A stretch of 64,000 nt of DNA, taken from the NCBI GenBank assembly GCA_947629815.1, contig CANRFG010000001.1:27468-91467 (forward strand). Direction: 5' to 3'. Of this stretch, positions 19,315 to 33,038 are shown piece by piece (the stretch's first letter is position 1; each line of letters starts with the position of its first letter). The notes beneath the pieces were generated by a model. That model had not been told where the DNA came from, made no database searches, and saw only the letters and a program-made list of their open reading frames with translations. The stretch is from an uncultured Bacilli bacterium (GTDB taxonomy: Bacteria; Bacillota_I; Bacilli_A; RF39; UBA660). The position numbers were made by a program, and so were the translations under genes.

Positions 19315-21172
19315 AATTATATTCCTTTTTTAAGTAAATCATTAATATTGAAATATCAGCAGGATTTACTCCACTTATTCTTAATGCTTGACCTATTGAA
19401 GTAGGCTTTACTTCTTTTAATTTTTGTTTTGCTTCGCTAGCTAAATTATGAATTTCATCATAGTTTATGTCATCAGGTATTTTTTTATTTTCTAAGTCTA
19501 TCATTTTTTCTGCTTCTTTATTTGCTTTTTCTATATACCCTTCATATTTTATACTTATTTCTACTTGTTCTATAACTTCTTTATCAAATGGTATTGGTGT
19601 TAAAGCAGAAATATGTTCCATCGTAATTTCTGGTCTTTTCAATAAATTATAAAGGCTTATTCCATCTTTTAGCTCTGTTGTATATTGTTTTAAATAATCA
19701 TTTTTTTTAGGTGTTACTTTGGTTGTTTTTAATAGTTGTGTTAAAGAAGCAATATTTTTTTGTTTTTCTTTTAATCTATCGTATGAAGATTTTTTTACTA
19801 ATCCTATATTGTATCCTTTTTCCATTAATCTTAAATCAGCATTATCACTTCTTAATAATAATCTATATTCTGCTCTTGAAGTAAGTAGTCTATATGGGTC
19901 TCTAATACCTTTTGTTATTAAATCGTCTATTAGTACTCCTATATATGCTTCATTTCTTTTTAATATTAATGGTTCTTTGTTTTGTAATTTTAATGATGCA
20001 TTTATTCCTGCTATCAATCCTTGACATGCTGCTTCTTCATATCCACTTGTTCCATTTATTTGGCCTGCTGTATATAAATTTTCAATTATTTTTGTTTCTA
20101 ATGTTTGTTTTAATTGTGTTGGATATATGGCATCATATTCTATTGCATATGCATATTTTAGTATTTTTGCATGTTCTAATCCTGGTAAACTATGTACCAT
20201 TTGTTCCTGTATGTCATGCGGCATACTTGTTGAAAATCCTTGTACATATATATCATCATAATAAATACTTTCTGGTTCTAAAAAAAGTTGATGTCTTTCT
20301 TTATCACTGAAACGAACAATTTTATCTTCTATTGATGGACAATATCTTGGACCTATTCCTTTTATATCTGATAATCCTCCATACATACTTGATTTATGTA
20401 GATTTTTTCTTATTATTTCATGTGTTTTTTCTGTTGTATATATTAAATAGCATGGTTCTTGTTTATCTACATCGTAATATGCTTTATTATCAAAACTGAA
20501 TGTTAATTGTTTTTTATCTCCATCTTCTCTTTTTGTTTTACTAAAATCTATTGTATTTCTATCTATTCTTTGCGGTGTGCCTGTTTTAAGTCTTATTATC
20601 TTAAATCCATATTTCTTTAGATTATCGCTTAAATGATTGCTTGGTTTTTCTCCATGTGGACCTTCTCTATGTCTTGTATCTCCTACTAAAATATCTGATT
20701 TTAAATATGTTCCTGTTGTTAAAATAACTGAATTTGAATATATTTTTTTACCATCTGATAAAACAATTCCTTTTATTTTGTTATTTTCTATTATTAAATC
20801 TTCTATCATGGCTTCCAATATTTGTAAATTTTGTTGATTTTCTAGTGTTTTTAGCATTTCTTTTGGATATGTTATTTTATCTGCTTGCGCTCGAAGAGCT
20901 TGTACAGCAGGACCTTTAGCGCTATTTAACATTTTAATTTGTAATAAACTTTTATCTGCATTTCTACCCATTTCACCGCCAAGTGCATCTATTTCTCTTA
21001 CAACTATACCTTTGGCGCTGCCACCTATTGATGGATTGCAAGGCATATCTGCTATATTTTTTTTATTTCCTGTTATTAATAATGTTTTATTTCCTAATCT
21101 TGCTGCTGCAAGTGATGCTTCACACCCTGCATGTCCACCACCGACTACTATTATTTCGTATTGTTCGTTCAT
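19301..21172 (-). CDS. mnmG: tRNA uridine-5-carboxymethylaminomethyl modification enzyme
   Basis: [41 protein letters not shown]. Confidence 0.98.
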   Translation of the reverse strand: MNEQYEIIVVGGGHAGCEASLAAARLGNKTLLITGNKKNIADMPCNPSIGGSAKGIVVREIDALGGEMGRNADKSLLQIKMLNSAKGPAVQALRAQADKITYPKEMLKTLENQQNLQILEAMIEDLIIENNKIKGIVLSDGKKIYSNSVILTTGTYLKSDILVGDTRHREGPHGEKPSNHLSDNLKKYGFKIIRLKTGTPQRIDRNTIDFSKTKREDGDKKQLTFSFDNKAYYDVDKQEPCYLIYTTEKTHEIIRKNLHKSSMYGGLSDIKGIGPRYCPSIEDKIVRFSDKERHQLFLEPESIYYDDIYVQGFSTSMPHDIQEQMVHSLPGLEHAKILKYAYAIEYDAIYPTQLKQTLETKIIENLYTAGQINGTSGYEEAACQGLIAGINASLKLQNKEPLILKRNEAYIGVLIDDLITKGIRDPYRLLTSRAEYRLLLRSDNADLRLMEKGYNIGLVKKSSYDRLKEKQKNIASLTQLLKTTKVTPKKNDYLKQYTTELKDGISLYNLLKRPEITMEHISALTPIPFDKEVIEQVEISIKYEGYIEKANKEAEKMIDLENKKIPDDINYDEIHNLASEAKQKLKEVKPTSIGQALRISGVNPADISILMIYLKKEYNYGNK

Positions 21173-21238
21173 ATAAATCACAGCTTTCTTTTTCGTTCAT
21201 ATTCTATCATAATTGATTAAAAAAGAAAATAAATTTAA

Positions 21239-22591
21239 TTATTTTCCTAGACAAAATTGACTAAATAATTTATTAATAAGTTCATCTTCGTATGTTTCAC
21301 CTATTATTTTACCTAGTATATTCCAAACTTCTTTTATATCTATTTCTATCATATCTATTGGTAAGTTATTTTTTATTGCTTCTTTTATTTGTGGTAATTT
21401 GGATTGGGCTTCTTTTAATAGTGCGATACTTCTTGAACTTGTTAAATATGTTAAATCTGTTGTTTCTATTTTATTTATATTAAATATTTCTTTTATTTTT
21501 TTCTTTAATTCTGTAAAACCATCATTGTTTAAGGCACTTATGTAGACTATTTTTTCTTTATCTAATTTATTAATATCTATATTTGTTTTTAAGTCACTTT
21601 TATTGATTATGATTATATAATTTTTATTTTTTAGTTTTTCTAATAGTTCATATTCTGTTTGTTCTAAATTTCTACTATTATCTAATACAAATAAAATAAG
21701 CTCTGATTTTTCTATTTGTTGTAAACTTTTTTGTACACCTATATTTTCTACTATATCTTCTGTTTTTCTAATTCCTGCAGTATCTATCAAATTTAATATT
21801 ATTCCATCTATATTTATGCTACCTTCTACTATATCTCTTGTTGTTCCTTCTATATCTGTTACAATTGCTTTTTCTTCTCCTATTAATCTATTTAAAATAC
21901 TACTTTTTCCTACATTTGTTTTTCCAATTATACATGTTTTAATTCCATCTTTTATTATTTTTGCGTTTTTGCTTTCTTCTAGTATTTCATTCATATCATT
22001 TTGAATTTCATCTATGCTTTTTATTAAATCTGAATGTGTTACATCTTCTATATCTTCATATTCTGGATAATCTATTTTTACTTCAATGTTTGCAAGCAAA
22101 GATAATATTTTTTCTCTTAATGTTGATATCATTTGTGTACCTTCGCCTGTTAATTGTCTAACTGATAGTGATAAAGATTCTTCTGTTTTTGAGTTTATTA
22201 TATCTATTACACTTTCTGCTTCTAGTAAATCTAGTCTTCCATTTAAAAAAGCTCTTTTTGTAAATTCTCCTGGTTCAGCTAATCTACAACCATTTTGTAA
22301 TAAAAGTTCTAATATTTTAGATACTGATGCAATACTACCATGACAATTTATTTCTGTTATATTTTCTTTTGTATATGTATTTGGAGCTTTCATAACGCTT
22401 ACTAAAACTTCATCTATTATTTTATTATTTTCTTTTATATATCCATAGTTTATTGTATGGCTATCAACTTCTAATAAATTTTTTCCTTCAAATATTTTGT
22501 TTGTTATTTCTATTGCGTCTTCTCCACTTACTCTTACTATTGATATTGCGCCACCTGTTGATGTTGATATGGCTGCTATAGTATCATTCAT
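21239..22591 (-). CDS. mnmE: tRNA modification GTPase
   Basis: DTIAAIST, GKTNVGKSS, GTTRD, DTAG, NKSD, FSQFCLGK. Confidence 0.98.
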   Translation of the reverse strand: MNDTIAAISTSTGGAISIVRVSGEDAIEITNKIFEGKNLLEVDSHTINYGYIKENNKIIDEVLVSVMKAPNTYTKENITEINCHGSIASVSKILELLLQNGCRLAEPGEFTKRAFLNGRLDLLEAESVIDIINSKTEESLSLSVRQLTGEGTQMISTLREKILSLLANIEVKIDYPEYEDIEDVTHSDLIKSIDEIQNDMNEILEESKNAKIIKDGIKTCIIGKTNVGKSSILNRLIGEEKAIVTDIEGTTRDIVEGSINIDGIILNLIDTAGIRKTEDIVENIGVQKSLQQIEKSELILFVLDNSRNLEQTEYELLEKLKNKNYIIIINKSDLKTNIDINKLDKEKIVYISALNNDGFTELKKKIKEIFNINKIETTDLTYLTSSRSIALLKEAQSKLPQIKEAIKNNLPIDMIEIDIKEVWNILGKIIGETYEDELINKLFSQFCLGK

Positions 22592-22600
22592 TTATTTCAC

Positions 22601-23104
22601 CTACTTTTTTAGTCCAACATACATTAATAATTTAGATGGATTTAAAAATATTTCCATAGATACAATTTTATCTACTATGGTTATAACCCAACTTTCTACA
22701 TATCTTGGTGGTATTATGTTAAGTGGAAACATATGTCTAACTATTATATTTTCTACTCTTTTATTCATATATTGTGGATAATTTTGTTTTGAATTTTGTA
22801 ATGCTTCTTTTGCATGTACAAAACCATGTAATTTTAAAAATGATTTTTTTTCTTTATTTTCTTGCCATGGTTTATAATAAAAATCATGAAGTAATCCTCC
22901 TATTGCTGCACTTTTGTAATCCATTCCCATTATTTTAGCAATTTTATATGATTTCATTGATACTGATAGACAATGGTCATAAACACTTTTTTCTCCATGA
23001 TGTTTGTATTTTTTTCTTTTTTGATATTCTTCTGAATTAAGTATCTCACTTATAATTTCAAAAAATTCTTCCTTACTTGTTTTTCCAATATATATAAATT
23101 TCAT
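22601..23104 (-). CDS. HD-domain phosphohydrolase
   Basis: HHGEKSVYDHC, GGLLHDF, HGFVH, RHMFP. Confidence 0.85.
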   Translation of the reverse strand: MKFIYIGKTSKEEFFEIISEILNSEEYQKRKKYKHHGEKSVYDHCLSVSMKSYKIAKIMGMDYKSAAIGGLLHDFYYKPWQENKEKKSFLKLHGFVHAKEALQNSKQNYPQYMNKRVENIIVRHMFPLNIIPPRYVESWVITIVDKIVSMEIFLNPSKLLMYVGLKK

Positions 23105-23289
23105 AATACTTCCTCTTTTCTTTAAATTATATCATATGATTAATTCATAGTAAATATTACAATATGTTAGTTTTTAGTATGGACAATAAATTTACAAATT
23201 AAAAAATTAGATTATAGTACTAATAATTATAATCCAATTCATAGATATCTCTTATAAAAAAATTTACATTTATACATAAAAAAAGAAGA

Positions 23290-23904
23290 CTAATCTTCTT
23301 TGTATTTAATGACAACACATCTATTAGGCTCTTCTCCTACACTTTCAGTACATAAATTATTATATTCTGATATTAATGTATGGACAACTCTTCTTTCATA
23401 TGAATTCATTGGGTCTAATTTAGCTTCTACATGTGATTTTAAAACTTCTTTTGCTATTTGCTTTACTTGATATTGCATGTTTTTTACCTTTTTAGCTTTA
23501 TAATTTGATACATCTAAATTAACCTTTATATTCATTTCAGTTTGAACTGCTAAAGATTGTCTGATTAAAGTTTCTAGTGATTTTAATGTTCTTCCTTCTC
23601 TTCCTATTAATATAGGATTTTTATCTGAAACTAGTATTATATTTATACTATCATTGATATATTTAATTTCAGTTTTAATATCAATATTCATTCCTTTAGA
23701 TATATTGTTTATGTATTCTTTTATGTATTTAATTACATCATCTTTTTTATAGCAAGTAATTTGATACTTTTTTGACTTAAATAATCCACCTTCTTGTTCT
23801 TTTTCTTTTATGTATAAATCACTTTCTTCTAGATTAAGTTCATTTAAACATTTTTCTATTACTTCTTCTTTTGTTTTTCCTTCATAATTATATGATGTTA
23901 TCAT
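23290..23904 (-). CDS. jag: RNA-binding protein Jag/KhpB/EloR
   Basis: Jag_N, KH ILIGREGRTL, R3H MNSYERRVVH. Confidence 0.95.
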   Translation of the reverse strand: MITSYNYEGKTKEEVIEKCLNELNLEESDLYIKEKEQEGGLFKSKKYQITCYKKDDVIKYIKEYINNISKGMNIDIKTEIKYINDSINIILVSDKNPILIGREGRTLKSLETLIRQSLAVQTEMNIKVNLDVSNYKAKKVKNMQYQVKQIAKEVLKSHVEAKLDPMNSYERRVVHTLISEYNNLCTESVGEEPNRCVVIKYKED

Positions 23905-24820
23905 TTTTCTTACTCCTTTTAACTATTATATTTTGTAAAATTGTAAATCCACTATTGAATATCCAATAAAGTTCTATAGCTGTTGACATTGTAAAAGACG
24001 CTATTCCTATAAATATAGTAGATATATTTGTCATCATTTTCATTTGCTTTTCTTGGTCTTCTCCAATAGATGCTGTTTTATTTAACTTAAATGAGAAATA
24101 AGTCGCTAAAACAACTAAAATAACAAATATAATGTAATAATATTTACCACTTGCAATAGCAGTTGCTGGACTCGTTCCTAATTGGAAAAACAATAAATTA
24201 CCTTCAAATATTGCTGGAAGTCTATTCATAGCTTCATAGAAAGCAAAGAATAATGGAATCTGTATAAATGCAAATAAGCAACCAGATAAAGGATTAATCT
24301 TATATTTTTTATAAATTAACATCATTTCTTGAGATTGTTGCATCATAGCTTCTTGTGATGGATTACTTCCATATTTCTTTTGTAATTTATTTAATTCAGG
24401 CTGTGCTTTTCTCATTAATTCAGATTGCATAGCTGTTTTTTTAGTAAATGGATATAATATAAGTCTAATTAAAACTGTCAATAATATAATAGCAAGACCA
24501 TAATTATTAACTAATTTTCCAATATTTATTATAACCCAAGCAAGTGGTTTTACAAATATTGTAGTCCAGATTCCTTCATATTTACCAGAATTAATTTTGA
24601 ATTCACTACATTTTGGTAAACTTTCTATGTCAACTCCATTATCTAAATACAATTTTCTAACTGTATCATTTTCAGGTTGACATAATATGTTTTTAGTTAA
24701 ATTTTGTCCTGTTTCTGGATTTCTTACTACTTTTTTATTACTATCTGTTAATGTTGTTGTACAACCTGTTAACGATATTAGTATAAGAAATACTAAAAAT
24801 ATTTTCTTGATTTTTTTCAT
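23888..24820 (-). CDS. yidC: Membrane protein insertase YidC
   Basis: Lipobox LTGC, YGLAIILLTVLIRLILYP, GCLFAFIQIP, LYWIF. Confidence 0.95.
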   Translation of the reverse strand: MKKIKKIFLVFLILISLTGCTTTLTDSNKKVVRNPETGQNLTKNILCQPENDTVRKLYLDNGVDIESLPKCSEFKINSGKYEGIWTTIFVKPLAWVIINIGKLVNNYGLAIILLTVLIRLILYPFTKKTAMQSELMRKAQPELNKLQKKYGSNPSQEAMMQQSQEMMLIYKKYKINPLSGCLFAFIQIPLFFAFYEAMNRLPAIFEGNLLFFQLGTSPATAIASGKYYYIIFVILVVLATYFSFKLNKTASIGEDQEKQMKMMTNISTIFIGIASFTMSTAIELYWIFNSGFTILQNIIVKRSKKNDNII

Positions 24821-25158
24821 TATTTTTCTCCTCTTATTATATTTAATTTGTTAAAAGCATCTATCAAGTTTTGTTCCATCTCTATAAATGACCTATTAGT
24901 AATGCCTTTCCCCACTATTATAATACAATTAAAGCCTTTTTGATAGACTTTTTTATCAATTATATTTTTTATTTGTCTTTTTACTTTATTTCTTGTAACA
25001 GCATTACCTATTTTTTTACCCACTGAAATACCAAAATGATATGTATCTATTTCTAGTCTTTCTATATATATTACATAATCTTTATACTTATATGCCTTAT
25101 TATTTCTTATTATTCTTTCAAAATCTGAACTTTTTCGTAATATATTTATTTTTTTCAT
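24820..25158 (-). CDS. rnpA: Ribonuclease P protein
   Basis: FGISVGKKIGNAVTRNKVKR RNR motif. Confidence 0.95.
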   Translation of the reverse strand: MKKINILRKSSDFERIIRNNKAYKYKDYVIYIERLEIDTYHFGISVGKKIGNAVTRNKVKRQIKNIIDKKVYQKGFNCIIIVGKGITNRSFIEMEQNLIDAFNKLNIIRGEK

Positions 25159-25207
25159 TGTATCACGTCCTAAGATAATAAAAAGCCACTGATTGTCAGT
25201 GGTTGTA

Positions 25208-25330
25208 TTAATGAGCTAATACTTTACGCCCTTTTCTTCTTCTTGAATTAATCATATTTGTTTTAACACGCGCTAAAAAACCCATTTTTTTACTTCTTTT
25301 TCTATTATTTGGTTGAAATGTTCTTTTCAT
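25208..25330 (-). CDS. rpmH: 50S ribosomal protein L34 (40 aa)
   Basis: Manual translation [40 protein letters not shown]. Confidence 0.95.
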   Translation of the reverse strand: MKRTFQPNNRKRSKKMGFLARVKTNMINSRRRKGRKVLAH

Positions 25331-25461
25331 TATTCCACCTCCTGAATTCATATTTTTTCGTTTGCTTTAATAATTATATAGATTAAAACTATTTTTGTCA
25401 ACAAATTTTAAAAAAAATAAATACTAATTTTTTTTAAACAAAATATTATATTTTTATCATA

Positions 25462-26286
25462 TTATAAGTTATCTAATTTTTTAATAATTTTTTCTTTGTA
25501 TTTTTTCTTCTTTAGGTAATAATTGTCTACATTTTTTTCAATTTTTTCCCAATTTTCTATATTTTTATAATATTCTAATATTTCATCAGGATTTTCTTTT
25601 ATCATTCTTAAAAAGAATTGTGCTCTTAATATAGCAAATCTATATTTCAAATGGTTTTGCTTATAATATTCTATTTCATCACCCATATAATATGCTTTAA
25701 ATTCTGAAAAATCAGTTTTAATTTCATCTCTTATTGGTGTTATTTCAAGTTCCTTTTTTATTAAAGATGGTAATTTTACAATAGTTGGATTTATTAAGCT
25801 TTTTCCTTTTAAGATTGAATTTAAATCAGAAGTTGCTGTATTTTCGTCTTCAACTATAGTTTTAACCATGCCTGTTTCCAATCCTATATATTCATGCAAC
25901 ATTGTTTGATTAATCAATGAATTTGAATTATATTTAATATTATTATTGATATATTTTATATCTTCTATGTCAGTTATATTTATTAGTCTTTTAGTTGTTC
26001 CTATTTTTTGAGAATCTGTTGATGTTAACAAGTATAACCCTGCATCAATATAAATATTTTCATCATATACTCCATGATGAATCAAAGCACCTAACATATC
26101 ATCTTCTTCAAGAATTAAAGGCATAATAAATTCACTTTCATTATGACATTCAGAATAAAGTAATTTTATATAGTTTAAAACTTGCTTATCTTCATAAAAT
26201 TCTTTTAATTTTTTATTTTCTTCTTGACTTATTTTTCGAAATGCTTCAAAATGTTTTTTTAACATTTTTAAAAATTCTATTTGCAT
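25462..26286 (-). CDS. Hypothetical protein between rpmH and dnaA
   Basis: 274-aa ORF with GGAGG RBS; no recognised motif. Confidence 0.8.
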   Translation of the reverse strand: MQIEFLKMLKKHFEAFRKISQEENKKLKEFYEDKQVLNYIKLLYSECHNESEFIMPLILEEDDMLGALIHHGVYDENIYIDAGLYLLTSTDSQKIGTTKRLINITDIEDIKYINNNIKYNSNSLINQTMLHEYIGLETGMVKTIVEDENTATSDLNSILKGKSLINPTIVKLPSLIKKELEITPIRDEIKTDFSEFKAYYMGDEIEYYKQNHLKYRFAILRAQFFLRMIKENPDEILEYYKNIENWEKIEKNVDNYYLKKKKYKEKIIKKLDNL

Positions 26287-26391
26287 AATAAAACCTCCAT
26301 AATTTTTTTTATTATATCATATTCCTTTATTTGTTAAAATAAAAAATATTTCTTTTAATGATAAATTGGCATATCTTTATATTTAAATATT

Positions 26392-26564
26392 TTTTCCACA
26401 TTATTTTTTCTTTAAATTAAAACAATTTTATACTTTTCCACATAAATTGTGGATATTTTTTTTAAATTTATTAACATTGTATATTTCTTTTCCACATAAA
26501 TTGTGGAAATCGTATTTAGATATTTAAAAATTTAGAATTTTATGTGGCTTTTTAATGTGGAAAA
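26392..26564. promoter_or_regulatory. oriC part 1: DnaA-box cluster upstream of dnaA
   Basis: TTTTCCACA at 26392, 26434, 26488; reverse boxes at 26448, 26502, 26556; 20-bp unit TTTTCCACATAAATTGTGGA occurs twice. Confidence 0.88.
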
Positions 26565-26651
26565 AATTTTTTTTGTTTTTTTTCCTCATATTTATTTAAT
26601 TTTTAATAAATTTAATGTAAAATATAGTTAATTACTTCAGAGGTGTTGAAT

Positions 26652-28007
26652 ATGGATATAGATAATATATGGTCTTTATTTTTAGAAAAAATGAAACAAC
26701 AAATTAATCCAATGCATTATGACACTTGGTTTGCTGATACAAAATTAATTTCACTTGATGAGAATTGTGCGAAAGTATTAGTTCCTATGTCAGTTCATAA
26801 AAAACATTTAAAAGAAAACTATAATGACTTAATAGTAGATTTATTTACAGAAATAACAGGAACAAACTTTAATTTTGAATATGTATTAGAAGAAGAAATT
26901 AAAAACAATGTTACTATAGATACTAATGAGATAGGCGTTCCTTCAGTAACATTTGAATCTAATTTAGACCCAAAATACACATTTGATAATTTTGTTGTAG
27001 GTCAAAGTGATAAACATAAATTTGCTAAAGCTTCTTCCTTAGCTGTTGCAGAAAAACCAGGTTATATGTATAATCCACTATTCATATATGGAAAAAGTGG
27101 ACTTGGTAAAACTCATCTTATGCATGCAATAGGAAATTATATAACAAAAAATTCAAATATGAAGGTTTTATATGTAACAAGTGAAAAATTTGTCGAAGAT
27201 TTTATTAATATATATAGGAAAAATAAAAATGAAAATAATTTTGAAGAAGTTGATTCTTTTAAGAAAAAATATAGAGATATTGATGTTCTTATGATAGATG
27301 ATATACAATATCTAGAAATTGCAAACAAAACACAACAAGAATTTTTCAACACTTTTAATGAATTACATTGTAATAACAAACAAATAATTATATCTTCTGA
27401 TAGAACGCCTGATGATTTAAATAAATTAGAAGAGCGACTTAGAACTAGATTTAATTGGGGATTAACTATTGATATAGAACCACCTGATTTTGATTTAAGA
27501 ATGGATATAATTAATAAAAAAATAGAGGTTAATAATATATCTTCTGTTTTTCCACAAGATGTAAAAGAATATATAGCAAGTAATTGTACTTCAGATGTAA
27601 GAAAATTAGAAGGTGCGATTATTAGAGTTTCTGCTTATGCTGTTATGATGAATGGTTCTGAAATAACTTTAGATTTAGCTATAGAAGCATTGAAAGATTT
27701 TTTTGTTAAAAGTATTATTTCTAAAAATAAAATAGAACAAGTACAACAAGTTATCGCACAACATTATAATATTAGCGTTGAAGACTTAAAAAGTAAGAAA
27801 AAAACTTCTAATATTGCTATACCAAGACAAATAGCAATGTATATTTGTAGAAACATATTTGATGAATCACTTTCTAAAATAGGAATGGAATTTGGTGGAA
27901 AAGACCATACAACTGTTATGCATTCAGTTAATAAAATTAAAAATGAAATTGCAAACGATGAAGTTTTCAAAAATGAAATAAATAAATTAATAAGTAAGAT
28001 TAAATAG
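26652..28007 (+). CDS. dnaA: Chromosomal replication initiator DnaA
   Basis: YTFDNFVVG, NPLFIYGKSGLGKTHL, LMIDDIQ, RQIAMY, FGGKDHTTVMH. Confidence 0.98.
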   Translation: MDIDNIWSLFLEKMKQQINPMHYDTWFADTKLISLDENCAKVLVPMSVHKKHLKENYNDLIVDLFTEITGTNFNFEYVLEEEIKNNVTIDTNEIGVPSVTFESNLDPKYTFDNFVVGQSDKHKFAKASSLAVAEKPGYMYNPLFIYGKSGLGKTHLMHAIGNYITKNSNMKVLYVTSEKFVEDFINIYRKNKNENNFEEVDSFKKKYRDIDVLMIDDIQYLEIANKTQQEFFNTFNELHCNNKQIIISSDRTPDDLNKLEERLRTRFNWGLTIDIEPPDFDLRMDIINKKIEVNNISSVFPQDVKEYIASNCTSDVRKLEGAIIRVSAYAVMMNGSEITLDLAIEALKDFFVKSIISKNKIEQVQQVIAQHYNISVEDLKSKKKTSNIAIPRQIAMYICRNIFDESLSKIGMEFGGKDHTTVMHSVNKIKNEIANDEVFKNEINKLISKIK

Positions 28008-28141
28008 TGTAAAAAAAATAAGTTATTAAAATTTATTAACATGTAATTTACCTTGTAAAATATAATAAATTTAAACTTTTCCACAAAATCCACTTTAATA
28101 ATAAAAATAATTAATTAAATAAAAAAAAAGGAGTAAAAATT
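28008..28141 (+). other. oriC part 2: dnaA-dnaN unwinding region
   Basis: TTTTCCACA (28077-28085), AAATCCACT, then TTA ATA ATA AAA ATA trio-like repeats and an AT-only tract, same layout as the Bacillus basal unwinding system. Confidence 0.8.
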
Positions 28142-29263
28142 ATGAAATTAAAAATTAAACAATCAATATTGATGGAACATTTAAATTATGTAATAAGAGG
28201 AATATCAAGTAAAAACTTAATTCCAATATTAAATTGTATAAAATTTGAACTTACAAATGATGGATTATATCTTATGAGTTCAGATAATGATATAGCGATA
28301 AAAACATTTATACCTAGCAACAATATAGAAGAAATAGATGTATGTGGAGATATAGTTGTTTCAGGTAGATATATATATGATATTATTAAAAAGCTTCCAA
28401 ATGAAATAATAAATTTAGAAGAAGTAATGGACTTTAAATTATATATAACAACATCAAAATCATCATTTACATTAAATTGTAATGATGTTAATGATTTCCC
28501 ACAACTTGACTTAGACGAACATCAAAATCCAATTATTTTATCTACAAAAGTACTTAAAAATATAATAAATCAAACAGTTTTCGCAACTTCTAATCAAGAA
28601 TCAAGACCAATATTAACAGGTGTAAATATAAAAATTAATAAAAATATAATGGAATGTACTGCAACAGATTCATACAGATTATCTAAAAAAATTATAACTT
28701 TAGATAAAGAAGTAGAAGAATCTATTGATATAATAATTCCAACAAGAAATTTAAATGAATTAAAAACATTATTAGTAGATGATAGTATCGATGTAGAACT
28801 TCATATATTTAATAATAAAATAATATTCAAGTTTGGCACTATTGTAATGATGTCAAGATTAATAAATGGTTCATTTATAGATACAACATCTTTAATACCA
28901 AATGAATTTTTAATAACAATGAAGGTAAACTTAGAAGAACTTTACAGCGCAATAGATAGAGCTAGTTTACTTACAAATGAAAATGATAAAAATACAGTAA
29001 AATTAGAAAGTTTTGATAATAACATTATATTATCTAGTAATATTCCAGAAATAGGTAATGTAACAGAAAAAATAGATTTAATCGAAAACATAAAAGAAAA
29101 TATAACAATTGCATTTAGTTCAAAATATATGATGGACGCTTTAAAAGCATTTGATTGTGAAGAAATAAATTTATTATTTAATGGTGAAATAAAGCCAATT
29201 ATATTAAAAAATCCAGAAAGTGATGATTTAATAGAATTAATTGTTCCTATAAGAATGGGTTAG
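28142..29263 (+). CDS. dnaN: DNA polymerase III beta clamp
   Basis: SRPILTGV, ATDSYRL, SRLING, FSSKYMMDAL, LIVPIR. Confidence 0.97.
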   Translation: MKLKIKQSILMEHLNYVIRGISSKNLIPILNCIKFELTNDGLYLMSSDNDIAIKTFIPSNNIEEIDVCGDIVVSGRYIYDIIKKLPNEIINLEEVMDFKLYITTSKSSFTLNCNDVNDFPQLDLDEHQNPIILSTKVLKNIINQTVFATSNQESRPILTGVNIKINKNIMECTATDSYRLSKKIITLDKEVEESIDIIIPTRNLNELKTLLVDDSIDVELHIFNNKIIFKFGTIVMMSRLINGSFIDTTSLIPNEFLITMKVNLEELYSAIDRASLLTNENDKNTVKLESFDNNIILSSNIPEIGNVTEKIDLIENIKENITIAFSSKYMMDALKAFDCEEINLLFNGEIKPIILKNPESDDLIELIVPIRMG

Positions 29264-29409
29264 AATGAGTTAAAAACTCATTCTTTTTATATTAATAATA
29301 CAAAATATTACTAAATTTGACATAATTCAACATTTTTTTCAAAAAAAAGTGATATAAGAAAAGGAAATCTAATTTTTTTATGGAAAATTAGATATAAGGA
29401 GGTGAAAGA

Positions 29410-29859
29410 ATGATAGACAATTATGAAATAAATATAAAAACACTTGCATTAATTCCTTTAGATGATAAATTATCAAAGATATACGAGCAAGATAATAGTT
29501 TCATAATAAATAAAAGTGTATCTGAAATAATAAATTACAGTTGTAAATATTTTGGTAGTTCATACAATGGAAGAACAGAAGGCTCAAAAAATTGGTTAGG
29601 AGTAAGTTATAAACTTCCAATAATTATAGAAGAAACACAAGAAATTATATTCTTTCCAACAAGTTCACCTAGATATAATAATTGTTCATGGATATCATTA
29701 AAAAATATAAATAACTATGTAAAAAATCAAAAAGGTGTAACAGTTAATTTTAAAAACGATGTTACTTTAGAATTTGATTTATCATTATGTTCATTTGAAA
29801 ATCAAATATTTCGTGCTTTAAGATTAGAAAACATTTTAAAGGAACGAAAAACATCTTAA
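29410..29859 (+). CDS. comK: ComK-family competence transcription factor
   Basis: YEINIKTLALIP, SCKYFGSSYNGR, KLPIII, FFPTSSP, CSWIS, SFENQIFRA. Confidence 0.85.
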   Translation: MIDNYEINIKTLALIPLDDKLSKIYEQDNSFIINKSVSEIINYSCKYFGSSYNGRTEGSKNWLGVSYKLPIIIEETQEIIFFPTSSPRYNNCSWISLKNINNYVKNQKGVTVNFKNDVTLEFDLSLCSFENQIFRALRLENILKERKTS

Positions 29860-29989
29860 ATTCCAGCAAAATTGTAATTTTGCTGTTTTTTTTGTCCATA
29901 TTTATGTTATAATATTATATGTGTATAGGAGTATTAAAAATATATAATATTTGAAAATAGGCAAATTTATATTGAAAAGAGGCATAGTT

Positions 29990-33026
<3,037 letters not shown>

Positions 33027-33038
33027 GAGGTTTTAGAA

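Noticed and set aside
21164-21203. Duplicated ATGAACGAA upstream of the mnmG start (possible uORF)
   Set aside because: Short AT-rich repeat with no RBS for the upstream ATG; no supporting evidence.
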